From positions 32,001-96,000 of the forward strand of contig CAVPGK010000016.1 of the NCBI GenBank assembly GCA_963703955.1: 64,000 bases of DNA. The letters run 5' to 3'. The notes beneath the pieces were generated by a model, which was not told where the DNA came from, searched no databases, and saw only the letters and a program-made list of their open reading frames with translations. This DNA comes from Nitrospirota bacterium (GTDB taxonomy: Bacteria; Nitrospirota; Nitrospiria; Nitrospirales; Nitrospiraceae). The number at the start of each line of letters is the position of its first letter. Positions within the stretch are counted from its first letter, which is position 1. The position numbers and the translations under genes are program-made. Shown piece after piece: positions 61,547-64,000 of the stretch.

Positions 61547-61639
61547 TGCTAACAATTAAACATACTGATCGGCATAGAACGCGGATACAACGTGCCTACT
61601 GTCGCGTAGTCCTCGTTTTGTTTGATAGACTTGTCAATG
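61547..61639 (-). promoter_or_regulatory. Putative integron attI/Pc-like module B
   Basis: CATTGACAAGTC...AATTGTTAGCA between the intI stub and the methyltransferase; CTATGCCGATC occurs here and again near 61673-61683. Confidence 0.55.
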
Positions 61640-61717
61640 CTATCCACAGCACACGGTCGGCGTGCTATCCAGATCGGCATAGTTCCCTTGTAGCTGCGAA
61701 GGGTGGAGTCCACGCAT

Positions 61718-61818
61718 CAGGGCAGCCGCGGGGCTCCCCACGCCCTTTCCACCGCGATTCAGAATGTGGGTGTAGATTATGGTTGTCCTCCATCTGTGTG
61801 GCCCAGCAGCTCCTGAAC
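61718..61818 (-). pseudogene. intI: C-terminal remnant of an integron integrase
   Basis: VQELLGHTD[1-nt gap][24 protein letters not shown]; in-frame stop just upstream. Confidence 0.8.
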
Positions 61819-61900
61819 AAATCAGCGACTCGCCGGTGGCGGACCTTTAATAATGGCAATACTCATGAAAAATCGCACCGAGAAAGCACCGAGCAGATCG

Positions 61901-62239
61901 CTACGGCATCTTCGTCGCTTGCGATTCAACCTGGTGGACTTGTTTCAGTAGATTCTCCCACTTTGGCTCTTCGCCGGTGAGCGCTTTGGCTTCCCTCACC
62001 AGCCGCTGTCCCTCTTCATACTGTCCAATCCCTATAAGCGATCGGGCTTGCTCGGTGAGCGTCATGATCCGCAGATAGGGCGGGAGATTTTCTACGCGAA
62101 CTTTGCTGAAGTGCTCGCCGCCGTTCCCGATTTGCGGTCTACTTCCAAATGGACGCATCCACCGAGTGCGAACAACAGACCCGCTACCCAGGAATCGAAC
62201 GGTCACGACACGTGTCGAAACAGGACGCGGCTGTCCCAT
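61901..62239 (-). CDS. Hypothetical protein, possibly a frameshifted lipoprotein with a TPR-like helix pair
   Basis: AGAGG RBS; alternative-frame LFALGGC lipobox; ARSLIGIGQYEEG. Confidence 0.45.
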   Translation of the reverse strand: MGQPRPVSTRVVTVRFLGSGSVVRTRWMRPFGSRPQIGNGGEHFSKVRVENLPPYLRIMTLTEQARSLIGIGQYEEGQRLVREAKALTGEEPKWENLLKQVHQVESQATKMP

Positions 62240-62271
62240 AGTGTCCTCTGTTTGACGGGCCTCGGCGGCGG

Positions 62272-62856
62272 CTACTTAATCAGTACCGGTTTCGAGTCCT
62301 GGCCTGAGGCCGTCGTCAGCGACAGGATGACCAGCCCTTTCTTTTTGGTGGATGGCACGGTCGCGGTGATCTCGGTCTCGTTTTTCTGTCTGAATTTCGC
62401 CTGATTTCCTGGGCCGAATGATACGGAGTTCAAGCAGCCGGGCGACCCGAAATCCGTTCCAGTAATCGTGACTTGATCCCCGGCTTTCGCTTCATCCGGA
62501 GTGACCTTGTCGATTTTCGGAACCTGTCCGAAACAGGCTTGAGATTTCTCCACAATGCCGGCCCCTGACGCCTTGGTTGCGCCTTCCCTCATGCGGCTCT
62601 TTTTCGCCGGTTGAACCGTTTCTTTCTTGGCCGGCTTTGCTTTCTCTGCCGGTTTTTCTTGTGAGTCCGCCTTCTTCGGTTCGGCCGTTCCAGCCTGCTT
62701 TTCCTTCCCAGGTGCCTTCTCTGTTTCCCCCGGCTTGTCTTTTTCAGCCGCTGCAGCCGACCAGGTGGTTTCGTCTGGAATCATCAGTGTGAGAGATCCC
62801 ACGAACAAAACGCCTAGGGCGATGAGCAACGTGCGCTTGAGCAGACCGATATGCAT
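62272..62856 (-). CDS. Exported IPT/TIG-domain protein with K/E/P/A-rich linker
   Basis: Signal peptide, low-complexity linker, PKIDKVTP...GDQVTITGTDFG...ITATVP. Confidence 0.8.
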   Translation of the reverse strand: MHIGLLKRTLLIALGVLFVGSLTLMIPDETTWSAAAAEKDKPGETEKAPGKEKQAGTAEPKKADSQEKPAEKAKPAKKETVQPAKKSRMREGATKASGAGIVEKSQACFGQVPKIDKVTPDEAKAGDQVTITGTDFGSPGCLNSVSFGPGNQAKFRQKNETEITATVPSTKKKGLVILSLTTASGQDSKPVLIK

Positions 62857-62893
62857 GATGCCTCCATGTAATAGATTTGGTGCAGGCTGACGA

Positions 62894-64000
62894 CTACTCT
62901 TCAATGGTCGAGATGTCTCCTGGGTCCTGACCCAATTCCTTTGCCTTGAGCACACGGCGCATGATCTTTCCGGATCGGGTCTTCGGGAGCGATGGGACAA
63001 TGTCTATTTCGTGTGGCACCGCGATCTTCCCCAGTTCCTTGAGCACGTGATCCTTCATGGACTGGATCAGATCGTTGTCCATCTGACATCCCTGCTTGAC
63101 GATCACAAAGGCCTTGATAGCCTCACCGGCCGTCCTATGTGGTTTGCCGATGACCGCGGCTTCGGCTACCGCCGGGTGGCTGACCAGTGCGCTTTCCACC
63201 TCCGCCGTGCCGATGCGGTTTCCCGCGACTTTGATCACATCATCCGCCCGACCCATAAACCAGAAATAGCCGTCTTCGTCTTTACGGCAGACATCGCCGG
63301 CCGTATAGCAGTTTGGAATGGTATTCCAGTAGACCTGATACCGCTCCGCGTCTTTGTAGATCGTCCGCATCATCGCCGGCCATGGTTTCTTGATGACGGC
63401 GAACCCGCCGGAATTGGGCGGAAGAGGACGCCCCTGTCGATCCACGACGTCGGCCTCCACTCCAAGAAATGGTCTCGTTGCCGAACCCGGCTTCAGCGGA
63501 ACGGAGGGCAGGGGAGTGACGAGGATCATTCCTGTCTCGGTTTGCCACCACGTATCCATGATCGGCTTGTTGCTTCCGGTCACACGGTGATACCATTCCC
63601 AGGCCTCGGGATTGATCGGTTCGCCGACGCTGCCGAGCACGCGCAATGTTGACAGATCGTATTTCTTCGGCCATTCCTCGCCATACTTCATCAACAGCCT
63701 GACTGCTGTTGGAGTCGTGTAGAAGATCGACACGCCGTACCGTTCGATGAGGTCCCACCATCGGCCAGGGTTGGGATAGTCCGGTTTCCCTTCAGCCGTC
63801 AGAATAGTGGCCCCGTTCAGCAGGGGCCCGTAGACGATATAGCTGTGACCGGTCACCCAGCCGGGGTCGGCCACGCAGAAGTAGACGTCGTCTTCCTTGA
63901 GATCGAATACGTACTTGGTCGTAATGTAGGTCCCCACCATGTAGCCGCCATGCACATGGACGACGCCTTTCGGCTTACCGGTCGTGCCGGATGTGTAGAG
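62894..64000 (-). CDS. acs: Acetyl-CoA synthetase (N-terminus beyond window)
   Basis: [45 protein letters not shown]. Confidence 0.96.
   Translation of the reverse strand, partial: LYTSGTTGKPKGVVHVHGGYMVGTYITTKYVFDLKEDDVYFCVADPGWVTGHSYIVYGPLLNGATILTAEGKPDYPNPGRWWDLIERYGVSIFYTTPTAVRLLMKYGEEWPKKYDLSTLRVLGSVGEPINPEAWEWYHRVTGSNKPIMDTWWQTETGMILVTPLPSVPLKPGSATRPFLGVEADVVDRQGRPLPPNSGGFAVIKKPWPAMMRTIYKDAERYQVYWNTIPNCYTAGDVCRKDEDGYFWFMGRADDVIKVAGNRIGTAEVESALVSHPAVAEAAVIGKPHRTAGEAIKAFVIVKQGCQMDNDLIQSMKDHVLKELGKIAVPHEIDIVPSLPKTRSGKIMRRVLKAKELGQDPGDISTIEE

Noticed and set aside
61640..61648. DnaA-box-like CTATCCACA
   Set aside because: A single mismatched copy with no origin context.
1..64000. CRISPR arrays, tRNA/rRNA genes, and the many antisense shadow ORFs
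   Set aside because: No regularly spaced repeats or RNA-gene signatures seen by eye; shadow ORFs overlap well-supported genes and reflect high GC.

Overview
64 kb of a GC-rich (roughly 55-60%) bacterial chromosome, most consistent with a Nitrospira-like organism. That assignment is inferred from NirK next to a Crp/Fnr regulator, a CCG-type succinate dehydrogenase, the glyQS-ppdK-ribD block and a Nitrospira-style ~125 bp inverted-repeat element. Most of the window is housekeeping: zwf, a DHH-CBS tRNA nucleotidyltransferase, ltaE, gpgS, AsmA, M24 peptidase, sdhB, archease-rtcB, an HdrB/SdhE-like subunit, nirK, tkt, sulfate ABC genes with an Rrf2 regulator, glyQS, ppdK, ribD, ribE and acs. The accessory zone at about 49.4-61.9 kb holds an intact attC site, IS91-like, CDF and RAYT-like remnants, a DUF2235 protein, and pqqABCDE with an unusually long PqqA, a permease and a PQQ-dependent sugar dehydrogenase. 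It also holds a low-GC methyltransferase and the C-terminal stub of an integron integrase. Two homologous, inward-facing 90-bp modules (TTGACA, then a GTTAGC core 84 bp later) that look like integron Pc/attI regions bracket the ~10 kb PQQ block. At least 12 genes, including core ones, carry apparent small frameshifts that are most likely sequencing or assembly errors. No tRNA, rRNA or CRISPR array was seen. All calls are by eye, with no database searches.
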